64,000 bases of DNA from Candidatus Omnitrophota bacterium (lineage in GTDB: Bacteria; Omnitrophota; Gorgyraeia; Zapsychrales; Zapsychraceae): positions 267 through 64,266 of the forward strand of contig DATDQB010000024.1 in NCBI GenBank assembly GCA_035292445.1, in the 5' to 3' direction. The notes beneath the pieces were generated by a model. The model had not been told where the DNA came from. It ran no database searches and saw only the letters and a list, made by a program, of their open reading frames with translations. The position numbers and the translations under genes were made by a program. Of the stretch, positions 50,768 to 60,356 are shown piece after piece. Position 1 is the first letter of the stretch, and each line of letters begins with the position of its first letter.

Positions 50768-52846
50768 ATGGCTAATCTTTCGACCTTCGTCAATAAATTC
50801 AACCTCGTCAAGCAGATCCCCATTTTCAGCAAGCTGAGCTGGTTCGAGACCCAGAAGATCGCCCGCAAATCAGTTGTTGTCGAACACAAAAAAGGAGAGC
50901 TCATCGCCAAGGAAGGCGCTCCGCCGGATTTCCTTTATTGTCTGGTCTCGGGCCGCGTCCAGGCTTATACGATGACCGCTGGCGGTATTAAAGAGAACGT
51001 CGAGTTTATCCATCGCGGGATGCATTTCGGCATTATTTCCCTCTTGACCGGGGAGAACCATTCGCTGAATTTCGAGGCGATCAATGACTCGGTCATCCTT
51101 AAGATACCCCGCGATGATTTCCAAAAATTCTTTAAATCCATCCCACAGCTCGGCCTTGAGCTCAGCCAGTCGCTTTCCCAGCGTGTGCGAAAGCAGGTAA
51201 CGGGCAGCAAATCCATTTTCGAAAGCCACATCATCTCGGTGTACAGCCCCGTGGTGGGCACCGGCAGTTCGACCTACGCCATTAACCTGGCGCTTAGTTT
51301 GCAGCGGGAGACCCGCAAAAAGGTCATCTTTGTCAATATCGCTTCCAGCCGGCAGGAAAGGGAAGAAAAAGAAGGCGTAAAGATCAATTATCCGGTATGG
51401 AAAAAGCCCGCGGCCCGTTTAAATGAGATCGTGGAAGACCAGGACAAGATCTTCACCAGCATCGTGAAAAATGACCTGGCCATTGACCTGTTGAACGTGA
51501 GCTTTGATCCCTCGGATGAAGCAGCCAAGAAGCAGATCGCGATATTCGTGAGCGCTTTGGTGGGCGATTATCATTATGTGATCGTTGATCTGCCCAATCA
51601 TATGGACGATGTGGTGGTGGAAACGCTGACCCAGTCGGATTTGGTGCATTTATTGACCTTCGACCGGCGCAAAGACCTGGATTTGATCAAACATGTGCTA
51701 TCGCGGCTTAAGACGATCCTTAAGGAGAATTTCCGCGCCCAACGCATCCGGGTCGTCATCCGCGGCATTCACGATAAGATCTATCTTTCCTTCGAAGAGA
51801 TCAACAAGTACATCGAGTATGATGTCTACGCGAGCTTGCCGCGCATCTACAAGGCGGAAGAACAGGTACAAACTTGCCCCAGCATTATTTTCCTGACCAG
51901 CAACGAGCAAAGCGATTACGCGAAGCTGATGCGTCGGGTCTCCCGGGAGATCGGGGGCGTGTTGGTCGGTTTGGTCCTGGGCGGCGGGGCCGCGCTGGGG
52001 GTCGCTCACATCGGCGTACTCCGGGTATTGGAGCGGGAAAATATCCTCGTGGATGTTGTCGTGGGAAGCAGCATGGGGGCATTGGTGGCGGCTATTTGGG
52101 CGGTGGGAAGAAGCGCCCAAGAGGTCGAGCAAGTGGCCCGTGAGTTTGAAGACAAGAAAGCGTTGCTTAAGTTGTTTGATCCGGTTATCCCTGTATCGGG
52201 TTTGATCGGGGGGCGGTTGATCAAGCATTGGTTGAGGAAGCATTTGGGGACCAAGACATTTTATAGCACCAAGATCCCTTTAAAGATCATCGCCTATGAC
52301 CTTATCCAGCGTGAAGAAATTATTATCAATAGCGGGTCATTGGTCGATGCGGTGCGCAAAAGTATTGCCATTCCGGGTGTCATGGAGCCGGTGATCGATG
52401 GGGAGCGCGTCATTATTGACGGCGGGGTCTTAAACCCATTGCCGGTCAATGTATTGACGGGCTTAGGCATCAAGAAGATCATCGCGATCAACGTTTTGCA
52501 ATCGCCCGAGGATGTTTCCGCCGGCCATGAGATGGAAAAACAGCAGCAAAAAGAATTAACAGGGGTTTCTTTCTTAAAGAGCCCTTTACAATACCTGGGT
52601 TTCTTGATGTCCAAAGGACTCAAGAAACTGTTGACCCCCAATATATCGGACATTATCGTGCGTACCCTTCAGGCATCCGAGTTTGTCATTGCCGAGCAAA
52701 GCAGCCATCAGGCGGACGTGGTGATCCATCCGGACCTGGTGGGCATCAACTGGTTTGAATTGAATAAAGTGGACCAATTGGTCGCCGCCGGGGAAAAAGC
52801 GGCGGTCGAGGCGCTTGCTGATATCAAAAAACTGATCGAGGAGTAA
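50768..52846 (+). CDS. Cyclic-nucleotide-binding-domain protein fused to a patatin-like phospholipase (bacterial NTE-like architecture)
   Basis: N-terminal cNMP-binding fold (GELIAKEGAPPDFLYCLVSGRV), C-terminal patatin motifs GGGAALGVAHIGVL and GSSMGA plus a DGG motif. Confidence 0.8.
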   Translation: MANLSTFVNKFNLVKQIPIFSKLSWFETQKIARKSVVVEHKKGELIAKEGAPPDFLYCLVSGRVQAYTMTAGGIKENVEFIHRGMHFGIISLLTGENHSLNFEAINDSVILKIPRDDFQKFFKSIPQLGLELSQSLSQRVRKQVTGSKSIFESHIISVYSPVVGTGSSTYAINLALSLQRETRKKVIFVNIASSRQEREEKEGVKINYPVWKKPAARLNEIVEDQDKIFTSIVKNDLAIDLLNVSFDPSDEAAKKQIAIFVSALVGDYHYVIVDLPNHMDDVVVETLTQSDLVHLLTFDRRKDLDLIKHVLSRLKTILKENFRAQRIRVVIRGIHDKIYLSFEEINKYIEYDVYASLPRIYKAEEQVQTCPSIIFLTSNEQSDYAKLMRRVSREIGGVLVGLVLGGGAALGVAHIGVLRVLERENILVDVVVGSSMGALVAAIWAVGRSAQEVEQVAREFEDKKALLKLFDPVIPVSGLIGGRLIKHWLRKHLGTKTFYSTKIPLKIIAYDLIQREEIIINSGSLVDAVRKSIAIPGVMEPVIDGERVIIDGGVLNPLPVNVLTGLGIKKIIAINVLQSPEDVSAGHEMEKQQQKELTGVSFLKSPLQYLGFLMSKGLKKLLTPNISDIIVRTLQASEFVIAEQSSHQADVVIHPDLVGINWFELNKVDQLVAAGEKAAVEALADIKKLIEE

Positions 52847-52850
52847 AAAA

Positions 52851-54401
52851 ATGGAAAGAAGAGAGCATTGGTCATCGCGCATCGGCATCATCATGGCTGT
52901 CGCCGGTTCGGCCATCGGCTTGGGGAATTTCTTGAGGTTTCCCGCCAAGGTCGTCGACAACGGCGGCGGCGCTTTCATGATCCCGTATTTTATTTCTCTT
53001 CTTTTGCTGGGCATTCCTTTAATGTGGATCGAATGGACCCTGGGCCGTTATGGCGGAGCGGAGGGCTCCGGGACAGCGCCATCCATCTTTCACAGGATAG
53101 CTCCCAAGATGCGTTTCATCAAATATTTCGGGATCCTCGGGATCTTGGCGCCCTTGTTGATCTTTTCTTATTATACCTATATCGAATCATGGACCTTGGC
53201 CTATAGCTTTTTCTCGATCACGGGCCAGATCACTTCTATTACGGATCAGCTGGAAATGAAAAATTTCCTTAAAGGTTTCCAGGGGTTGGAACAGAACCAA
53301 TATTTCAACGGCATGGGTACGTCGTATGTATTTTTTTTGGTCACTTTCGCAGCGAATGTTTATATCCTCAACGGCGGGATCAAGGCCGGCATTGAAAAGT
53401 TTTGTAAATGGGCCATGCCGATTCTGTTCATCTTTGCTTTTGCTCTTTTTTTCAGGGTCGTCACGTTGGGCGGTTTTCATTCACCGGAATATACGTGGAC
53501 CGTGCAGGAAGGTTTCGGGTTTTTCTGGAATCCCCAGTATTCTTCTTTAAGATCAGCCAAGGTCTGGCTGGAGGCGGCGGGCCAGGTTTTCTTTACCTTG
53601 AGTGTCGGTACCGGCGTCATCTTGTGCTATGCCAGCTATCTATCCAAAAAGCATGATATCGCGCTTTCCGGTATATCAGCCGCGAGCGCCAATGAATTTG
53701 CCGAGGTCATTTTAGGCGGAAGCATCCTCATCCCGGCCGCGTTTGTTTTCTTCGGGCCCACGGAAATGGCAACGATCGTCAAAGAAGGCATTTTTAACTT
53801 AGGTTTTGTCACGATGCCGCTCGTATTAAATCATTTGCCGTTTCCGGCGTTCTTGGGTTTCTTGTGGTTTTTCCTGCTTTTTCTGGCTGCTGTCACCTCC
53901 TCGGTGTCGTTGGCGCAACCGTTCATCACATTCTTGGAAGATGAGTTCCATCTGGCAAGAAAAGAAGCGGTGTGGATCTTTGCCATCGTGACGTTCATTA
54001 TTTGCCAGCCGGCGGTCCTTTTCTTAAAGAACGGCGTCATCGATGAGCTGGATTTTTGGGGAGGCTCATTCTTCCTCGTTGTGTTCGCGACCGTCGAAAC
54101 CATCATGTTCGGCTGGGTCCTGGGGATCGATAACGCCTGGAAAGAACTGCACGCGGGGGCGGATATCAAGATCCCGAATTTTTATAAATACATCATGAAA
54201 TACGTGACGCCTTTGTTTTTACTGGCCATTTTGGTGATGTGGCTGTGGCAGGAATGGCTGCCTATCCTTTTGTTCCAGAACATCGAAGAAGCCAACCGGC
54301 CGTATATCATCACCACACGCGTTGGGATCCTGCTGTCGATCGCGCTGCTTGTTATTCTGGTGCGTATCGCCTGGCAACGCAAAACCGAAGGGAAGAAATA
54401 A
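52851..54401 (+). CDS. Sodium-dependent transporter, NSS/SNF family
   Basis: WSSRIGIIMAVAGSAIGLGNFLRFP...GGGAFMIPYFI is the canonical NSS TM1 region; 12 TM segments. Confidence 0.9.
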   Translation: MERREHWSSRIGIIMAVAGSAIGLGNFLRFPAKVVDNGGGAFMIPYFISLLLLGIPLMWIEWTLGRYGGAEGSGTAPSIFHRIAPKMRFIKYFGILGILAPLLIFSYYTYIESWTLAYSFFSITGQITSITDQLEMKNFLKGFQGLEQNQYFNGMGTSYVFFLVTFAANVYILNGGIKAGIEKFCKWAMPILFIFAFALFFRVVTLGGFHSPEYTWTVQEGFGFFWNPQYSSLRSAKVWLEAAGQVFFTLSVGTGVILCYASYLSKKHDIALSGISAASANEFAEVILGGSILIPAAFVFFGPTEMATIVKEGIFNLGFVTMPLVLNHLPFPAFLGFLWFFLLFLAAVTSSVSLAQPFITFLEDEFHLARKEAVWIFAIVTFIICQPAVLFLKNGVIDELDFWGGSFFLVVFATVETIMFGWVLGIDNAWKELHAGADIKIPNFYKYIMKYVTPLFLLAILVMWLWQEWLPILLFQNIEEANRPYIITTRVGILLSIALLVILVRIAWQRKTEGKK

Positions 54402-54517
54402 TGCGCTTAGAAGGCTGGATATTCATGATTTTGTCATGGGGGGTCATTTTGATCGCGATGGCCTATTGCATGATCAAGGTCTTAAGGTCAGAAGCGTCCC
54501 GCCATCATAACGAATAA
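54401..54517 (+). CDS. Small single-TM protein (38 aa) immediately after the NSS transporter
   Basis: ATG overlaps the transporter stop, RBS gaaggga. MRLEGWIFMILSWGVILIAMAYCMIKVL. Confidence 0.4.
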   Translation: MRLEGWIFMILSWGVILIAMAYCMIKVLRSEASRHHNE

Positions 54518-54578
54518 GCACCTGCCGCCAATTCATTGGCAACTTAACCTCGCTGTGCTATAATGCCCTCACTTTAAT

Positions 54579-54667
54579 GGTTCGACGCGCTTCGCTTGCT
54601 CACCATTGGATTATATGTCGAACCACCCTGAGCGAGTCTCGCTTTCAGCGAGACGAGTCGAAGGGTC
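54579..54667. repeat. Intergenic repeat element, copy 2 (short form)
   Basis: ggttcgacgcgcttcgcttgctcaccattggattatatgtcgaaccaccctgagcgagtctcgctttcagcgagacgagtcgaagggtc, with internal stems ggttcgac/gtcgaacc and tctcgct/agcgaga. Confidence 0.55.
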
Positions 54668-54701
54668 TTGCGCTGTTTCCAATAGTATTAATATTTATAT
54701 T

Positions 54702-56747
54702 ATGAAATTCAATAAACCAATCCGTGCCGGTACCCGCGGTAGCCTCCTCGCCCTTAAGCAGGTTGAAGAAATCATACGTCTGGTGTCTGTCCCCCCGTCT
54801 GTCCCCTTTAAAGTGGTTATTTTCGATACCAACGGTGATAAAGACAAAAAGACGCCCTTGACCGCACAGCTGCCCGATGATTTCTTCACCGATACGCTTG
54901 ATCAAGCCCTTTTAAAAAGAAAAATTGATGTCGCTGTCCATAGCGCCAAAGACCTGCCCCAAACGCTCGCCGAAGGCTTGTCCATTTTTGCGTTGACTGA
55001 ATCGGTGGATGACAGGGACGCTTTTGTGGGAGTCGTTCCCTTTAAAAAGCTTAAGGCGGGTTCCCGCGTCGGTACCAGCAGCCCCTTGCGCCAAAAAAGC
55101 GTGGAAGAATTGAACCCAAAGATAAACGCGGTCAGTATCCGCGGCACAATTGATGAGCGGCTGGCTCAATTTGATAAAGGTAAACTTGACGGTATCATCG
55201 TCGCGGCGTGCGCGCTTAAGCGTTTAGGCCTTAGCAAACGGATAACAGAAATTATGCCCTGGGAAGCGACACCCTTGCAGGGCCAATTGGCTGTTGTCGG
55301 AAGAAGCGATGACGCACATCTTCAAGAGATGTTTTCCTCGATCGATGCGCGGGCGCATTACGGGAAAGTGTATTTGGTCGGCGCCGGCCCGGGCGACAGC
55401 GAGCTCATCACGCTCAAGGGCATCAACGCTCTTAAGCAGGCGGATGTTGTTTTTTACGACTATCTGATCAATAAAGAACTTTTGCGGCATGCCCAAAAGG
55501 CCCAGAAAATTTATGTCGGCAAACGAAAGGGAGCGCATACCCTACCTCAAAGCGAGCTTAATAAGCTCATCAAGGATAAGGCAGTGGCCGGCAAGAGCGT
55601 TGTCCGCCTCAAAGGAGGCGATCCGCTTGTTTTCGGCCGCGGCGGCGATGAGATCGGTTATTTAAGAAGCTATCATATCGAAGTTGAGGTCGTCCCGGGC
55701 GTGAGCTCCGCGACCGGCATCCCTTCGGGACTGGGTATTCCTTTGACCGCGCGCGGGGTGAGCGATTCGGTCGCCTTCGTAAGCGGCCACAGCGAAGGGG
55801 AGTCCCAAGGAAAAAAAAAGAGGATACAGATCCCCAAGGCGCAAACGCTTATTTTTTTGATGGGGCTTACGAAACTTAAAGAAATCGTTGCACAATTGAC
55901 GCGCCAGGGGTGGAAGAAGCAAACGCCTGTCATCGTTGTTTCCAAGGGGACATTCCCCGATGAAAGGATCGTTGCCGGCTCACTGGAGGACATCATTAAG
56001 AAAACAAAGAGCGAAAAATTACTGCCGCCGGCTTTGATCATGGTGGGGGAAACCATCCATTCTTACCGTCCCCGCCAAAAGAGGTCCAAAACGGTCCTTT
56101 ATACCGGCACCAACCCGCAAAAATACAAACGCCTGGGCAAGCTTGTCCATCTTCCCATGATCGAGATCACCCCGGTTGAATTCACAAGAAACAAGAGGAT
56201 CTCTTTTCTCAAAGCGTTTCAGGCCTCCGATATGGTCCTTTTAACGAGCCGCTTCGCGGTGCGCTTTCTTTTTGATATATTGAAAAAAGAAAGGATTGGT
56301 GCGCGATCGCTGCAGGATAAGCCATTTATCACGATCGGCCGGGAAACGGCCCGCGAGCTCATCGGCCACGGCATTACACCAGAGTTGACAGCTCAGGAGG
56401 AATCGAGTGTCGGCTTGTGGAAGGAGATGAGAAAGAAATATCAGCTTAACGGTAAACGTATCCTTTTTCCGCGCTCGGCGCTTCCCAATCCTTATTTGAA
56501 GCAAGCGTTACGCAAAGCTGGTGCTATCGTTAAAGAAATAACGGTTTACCAGAATCGAATGCCAAAAAAACGTAAATTGCCCCGCGTTTCAATTGATGAG
56601 GTCATCTTCACAAGCCCATCGACGGTCAATAATTTCCTTAAAAGTTACGGGACGATCCCACGTATATGGAGGATCAAAAGCCGGGGGGAGCTCACGAGGC
56701 GAAGTTTAGAAAAGGCGGGGTTTGAGAGTGAAATTATCAAGTATTAA
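54702..56747 (+). CDS. Tetrapyrrole biosynthesis fusion: HemC-like N-domains (porphobilinogen deaminase domains 1-2, no domain 3), uroporphyrinogen-III C-methyltransferase (CobA/SUMT), then uroporphyrinogen-III synthase (HemD)
   Basis: The track ORF starts at 54606 inside the repeat element, so I used ATG 54702 (MKFNKPIRAGTRGSLLALKQ, the HemC N-terminus). Then AVHSAKDLP, SIRGTIDERL, VYLVGAGPGD...GGDPLVFGRGGDE (SUMT), and a HemD-like C-terminal 240 aa. Confidence 0.75.
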   Translation: MKFNKPIRAGTRGSLLALKQVEEIIRLVSVPPSVPFKVVIFDTNGDKDKKTPLTAQLPDDFFTDTLDQALLKRKIDVAVHSAKDLPQTLAEGLSIFALTESVDDRDAFVGVVPFKKLKAGSRVGTSSPLRQKSVEELNPKINAVSIRGTIDERLAQFDKGKLDGIIVAACALKRLGLSKRITEIMPWEATPLQGQLAVVGRSDDAHLQEMFSSIDARAHYGKVYLVGAGPGDSELITLKGINALKQADVVFYDYLINKELLRHAQKAQKIYVGKRKGAHTLPQSELNKLIKDKAVAGKSVVRLKGGDPLVFGRGGDEIGYLRSYHIEVEVVPGVSSATGIPSGLGIPLTARGVSDSVAFVSGHSEGESQGKKKRIQIPKAQTLIFLMGLTKLKEIVAQLTRQGWKKQTPVIVVSKGTFPDERIVAGSLEDIIKKTKSEKLLPPALIMVGETIHSYRPRQKRSKTVLYTGTNPQKYKRLGKLVHLPMIEITPVEFTRNKRISFLKAFQASDMVLLTSRFAVRFLFDILKKERIGARSLQDKPFITIGRETARELIGHGITPELTAQEESSVGLWKEMRKKYQLNGKRILFPRSALPNPYLKQALRKAGAIVKEITVYQNRMPKKRKLPRVSIDEVIFTSPSTVNNFLKSYGTIPRIWRIKSRGELTRRSLEKAGFESEIIKY

Positions 56748-56803
56748 GATACAAGACACAAGAAACAAGGCCCAAGGAAGAAACAAAAACCAAATAACAA
56801 TTA
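56748..56803. repeat. Left arm of a ~55-bp inverted repeat (ACAAGAAACAAG units) flanking the second four-helix-bundle gene
   Basis: gatacaagacacaagaaacaagg...acaaaaaccaaataacaatt. Complementary to 57181-57243. Confidence 0.7.
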
Positions 56804-56819
56804 ACAATTAACGAAAGGG

Positions 56820-57179
56820 ATGGTTGCGATGGAACGGAAATTTGATTTGGAAGAAAGGACAACGAATTTTGCGAAAGGCGTGATTCAATTATGCAGGGAA
56901 TTACCAAGGGACCCGATTAATGATCGTTTGATGGGGCAGGTTGTTGGTTCAGCTGGTTCAGTAGGAGCTAATTATAGAGAGGCTAATGATGCATTGGGAA
57001 AGAAAGATTTTTTACAGAAAATCAAGATTGCGCGTAGGGAAGCCAAAGAAACGCAGCATTGGTTAACTTTGATCGCTGAGGCGAATGCAGCAAAAAGAAC
57101 TACAATAGTTCCTTTAATAGACGAAGTTGTGGAACTTAAGAAAATTCTATCATCAATAGCTATTAAATTAGAAAAATAA
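56820..57179 (+). CDS. Four-helix-bundle protein (TIGR02436 family), second copy
   Basis: NFAKGVIQLCRELPRD...GSAGSVGANYREANDALGKKDFLQKIKIARREAKETQHWL. AT-rich and inside an inverted-repeat hairpin. Confidence 0.8.
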   Translation: MVAMERKFDLEERTTNFAKGVIQLCRELPRDPINDRLMGQVVGSAGSVGANYREANDALGKKDFLQKIKIARREAKETQHWLTLIAEANAAKRTTIVPLIDEVVELKKILSSIAIKLEK

Positions 57180-57180
57180 G

Positions 57181-57243
57181 ATTATATTTGGTTATTGGTT
57201 TTTGTAATTTTCTTGTATCTTGTTTCTTGTATCTTGTTTCTTA
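57181..57243. repeat. Right arm of the inverted repeat flanking the second four-helix-bundle gene
   Basis: attatatttggttattggtttttgtaattttcttgtatcttgtttcttgtatcttgtttctt. Confidence 0.7.
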
Positions 57244-57247
57244 GAAT

Positions 57248-58525
57248 ATGAAAACTATAAAATCCGAACAACTATTTAATGAGGCCACGAAGTATTTGGT
57301 GGGTGGCGTGAACTCTCCCGTGCGTTCTTTTAAGGGCGTGGGCGGGCATCCTTTGATCATGAGAGCAGGCGAGAAGGCAACCCTTTTTGACGCCGATAAC
57401 AATAGCTACACGGATTATTGCCTTTCGTGGGGCGCTTTGATCCTCGGCCATGCCCACCGGAACATTGTTTTGAACGCGAAAAAAACGATTGAGCGCGGCT
57501 CAAGTTTCGGCACAACCACCCGTTACGAGATCGACCTGGCCAGAGCGATCATCGAGCGCATCCCGTCCATTGACCTTATCCGTTTTGTCAACTCAGGCAC
57601 CGAAGCGACAATGAGCGCCATCCGCTTGGCGCGCGGGTTCACCAAACGCGATATGTTGGTCAAGTTCGACGGCTGCTACCACGGCCACTTTGACGATCTA
57701 TTGGCCAAGGCCGGAAGCGGGGTGGCGCAGCTGAAAGAGTCATCCAGTTTAGGGATCCCTAAAACGCATATCGAAAACACGCTCAGTTTACCGTATAATG
57801 ACACCAACGCTTTGGCGCAAACGCTTGAGAAATACAAAGAAAAGATCGCCTGCGTCATTATCGAGCCTGTGGCCGGCAACATGGGCGTCATTAAAGCCGA
57901 AAAGGATTTTCTAAAAACGTTAAGGGACCTGACCAAAAAATTCGGCATCGTTCTTATTTTTGATGAGGTCATGACGGGTTTTCGCGCATCAGCCAATTGT
58001 GTCCAGGGAGAATACAACATTATTCCTGACATGACGTGCCTGGGCAAGATCATCGGCGGCGGGTTTCCCGTTGGCGCGTACGGCGGCAGGAAGGACATCA
58101 TGGAACACCTCGCCCCTTTAGGCGGGGTCTACCAGGCCGGGACGTTCTCGGGAAATCCCATGGTCATGAAAGCCGGGCTTGAAACGTTAAAATTGTTGAC
58201 CAAGGAATTTTACAGATCGCTCAATCAACGCTGCGAAAGCATGGCGCAGGAAGTGAACGAGGCGTTCAAGAAAGGCGGCGTTGACGCCCATCTGGCGCAT
58301 TTTCATTCGATGATGAGCGTGCGTTTCCGTAAAGAAGCGGTTCATAATTATCAGGACGCGCAGGATGCCTCCGGCGGGGAAAAGTACCAGAAACTGTTCC
58401 ATCACATGCTTAACGCCGGCATTTACCTGCCGCCGGCGGACCTGGAAGCGTTTTTTATAAGCGGGATGCACACGCCAGCAGATCTTAAGAAACTCGCGCA
58501 GGAGCTCAAGAAGTTCTTTGCTTAA
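57248..58525 (+). CDS. hemL: Glutamate-1-semialdehyde 2,1-aminomutase
   Basis: YLVGGVNSPVRSF, class III aminotransferase fold, PLP lysine region. Confidence 0.9.
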   Translation: MKTIKSEQLFNEATKYLVGGVNSPVRSFKGVGGHPLIMRAGEKATLFDADNNSYTDYCLSWGALILGHAHRNIVLNAKKTIERGSSFGTTTRYEIDLARAIIERIPSIDLIRFVNSGTEATMSAIRLARGFTKRDMLVKFDGCYHGHFDDLLAKAGSGVAQLKESSSLGIPKTHIENTLSLPYNDTNALAQTLEKYKEKIACVIIEPVAGNMGVIKAEKDFLKTLRDLTKKFGIVLIFDEVMTGFRASANCVQGEYNIIPDMTCLGKIIGGGFPVGAYGGRKDIMEHLAPLGGVYQAGTFSGNPMVMKAGLETLKLLTKEFYRSLNQRCESMAQEVNEAFKKGGVDAHLAHFHSMMSVRFRKEAVHNYQDAQDASGGEKYQKLFHHMLNAGIYLPPADLEAFFISGMHTPADLKKLAQELKKFFA

Positions 58526-58526
58526 T

Positions 58527-60356
58527 ATGATGAAAGACGTCTACATTTTAGGAATATCCGCTTTTTACCATGATAGCGCGGCCGCGCTTATCAAGAACGG
58601 GACGATCGTTGCCGCCGCCCAAGAGGAGCGTTTTACGCGCAAGAAGCACGACCATAACTTCCCGGTGAATGCGATCCGCTATTGCCTGAAAGAAGCAGGC
58701 ATCACGCCCAAAGACTTGACGCACGTTGCCTTTTACGAAAAACCTTTTATCAAATTTGAACGCCTTTTGCAAACATACCTGGCCTACGCCCCCATAGGCC
58801 TTCGTTCTTTCCTGAAGGCCATGCCTCTATGGTTAAAAGAAAAATTATTCATGAAGAATTTGATCTATGAAAAGCTCGAAGGTTATGAAGGCGACATCAT
58901 CTTTCCGGAACACCATGAATCGCATGCCGCCTCGGCCTTTTACCCGTCTCCTTACCAAAAAGCGGCCATTCTTACGATGGACGGGGTGGGTGAGTGGACG
59001 ACCGCCAGTTACGGCATTGGCGAGGGCAATAAGATCGGCCTTTTAGCGGAAATAAAATTTCCCCATTCGCTGGGGCTTTTGTATTCGGCTTTCACCTATT
59101 ATACGGGTTTTCGCGTCAATTCCGGCGAGTATAAACTGATGGGCCTCGCTCCATACGGGGAACCGAAATACGCTGATCTCATCAGAAAAGAATTGATCGA
59201 TATCAAGGAAGACGGTTCTTTTAAACTGAATTTGAAATATTTTAATTTTTGCGCGGGGCTTACCATGACCAATGACAAATTCCATAAGCTTTTCGGCGGG
59301 CCGCCGAGGAGATCTGAAACAAAGATCACCCAGAAAGATATGGACATTGCCCGCTCGATCCAGGACGTTACGGAAGAGGCCATGCTCAAGATGGCGGACC
59401 ATCTGCATGAGGAAACAAAGGCGGATTATTTATGCTTGGCCGGTGGGGTGGCCCTCAACTGTGTGGGCAACGGCCGCATTTTACGCGAAAGCAAATTCAA
59501 GGATATCTGGATCCAGCCTGCGGCCGGTGATGCCGGAGGCGCCTTGGGTGCCGCGTTATTTGTATGGTACAGGTATCTTGATAATCCAAGAGTGGTGGAT
59601 AATGTCCGCGACCTTCAGCAAGGATCTTATCTGGGGCCGCGTTTTAATGAAAATGAACTGCAAGAGTTCTTGAAGACGACAGAAACGCATTTTGAAAAGA
59701 TCAGCTATGAACAGTTGCCTGCGCGCATCGCCCGGCTTATCCGCGAAGAGAACGTTGTCGGGTTGTTCCTCGGAAGGGCGGAATTCGGCCCCCGCGCGTT
59801 AGGCAGCCGCAGCATTATCGGGGATGCCCGTTCCGAGAAGATGCAGTCGGTCCTGAATCTGAAGATCAAGTTCCGCGAGTCTTTCAGGCCGTTCGCCCCA
59901 AGCGTCCTGGAAGAGAAAACAAAGGATTACTTTGAATTGTCGCACAAAAGCCCTTACATGCTTTTGGTGGCGCCGGTCGATAAAAAACGGATCATCGGCA
60001 ACGGGCAGTTGCATCAGGCCCAGGGCCTTGAAAAGTTGCGGGTCAAAAAATCCGAGATACCGGCAGTGACCCATGTGGATTATTCAGCGCGGGTGCAAAC
60101 GGTCTCCAAAGAGACCAACCCGATCTATTACCGGATCATTGAAGAGTTTGACAAATTGACGGGCTGCCCGGTCATCATCAACACCTCGTTCAATATCCGT
60201 GGGGAGCCTATCGTCGGGTCACCGCAGGACGCGTACCGATGTTTCATGTGCACGGACATGGATTATCTGGTCATCGAGAACTATTTGTTCGATAAGAAAA
60301 AGCAGCCAAACCAAGGAAAGTATAAGAAGGAAGATATAGCGCAAGAGTTGGATTGA
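58527..60356 (+). CDS. Carbamoyltransferase, NodU/CmcH family
   Basis: The track start at 58518 is TTG, so I used ATG 58527. YILGISAFYHDSAAALIKNG...EERFTRKKHD (Kae1/YgjD-like N-domain) and a C-terminal carbamoyltransferase domain. Confidence 0.85.
   Translation: MMKDVYILGISAFYHDSAAALIKNGTIVAAAQEERFTRKKHDHNFPVNAIRYCLKEAGITPKDLTHVAFYEKPFIKFERLLQTYLAYAPIGLRSFLKAMPLWLKEKLFMKNLIYEKLEGYEGDIIFPEHHESHAASAFYPSPYQKAAILTMDGVGEWTTASYGIGEGNKIGLLAEIKFPHSLGLLYSAFTYYTGFRVNSGEYKLMGLAPYGEPKYADLIRKELIDIKEDGSFKLNLKYFNFCAGLTMTNDKFHKLFGGPPRRSETKITQKDMDIARSIQDVTEEAMLKMADHLHEETKADYLCLAGGVALNCVGNGRILRESKFKDIWIQPAAGDAGGALGAALFVWYRYLDNPRVVDNVRDLQQGSYLGPRFNENELQEFLKTTETHFEKISYEQLPARIARLIREENVVGLFLGRAEFGPRALGSRSIIGDARSEKMQSVLNLKIKFRESFRPFAPSVLEEKTKDYFELSHKSPYMLLVAPVDKKRIIGNGQLHQAQGLEKLRVKKSEIPAVTHVDYSARVQTVSKETNPIYYRIIEEFDKLTGCPVIINTSFNIRGEPIVGSPQDAYRCFMCTDMDYLVIENYLFDKKKQPNQGKYKKEDIAQELD

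Noticed and set aside
51698-52653. Pro/Arg/Gly-rich ORFs on both strands inside the patatin gene (51698-52243 minus, 51874-52143 plus, 52294-52653 minus)
   Set aside because: These are typical spurious frames of a GC-rich coding segment. The patatin frame carries the conserved catalytic motifs.
54239-54517. 92-aa ORF overlapping the 3' end of the NSS transporter
   Set aside because: Its upstream two-thirds are an out-of-frame overlap with the transporter. Only the last 38 codons, starting from ATG 54401 with an RBS, are plausible.
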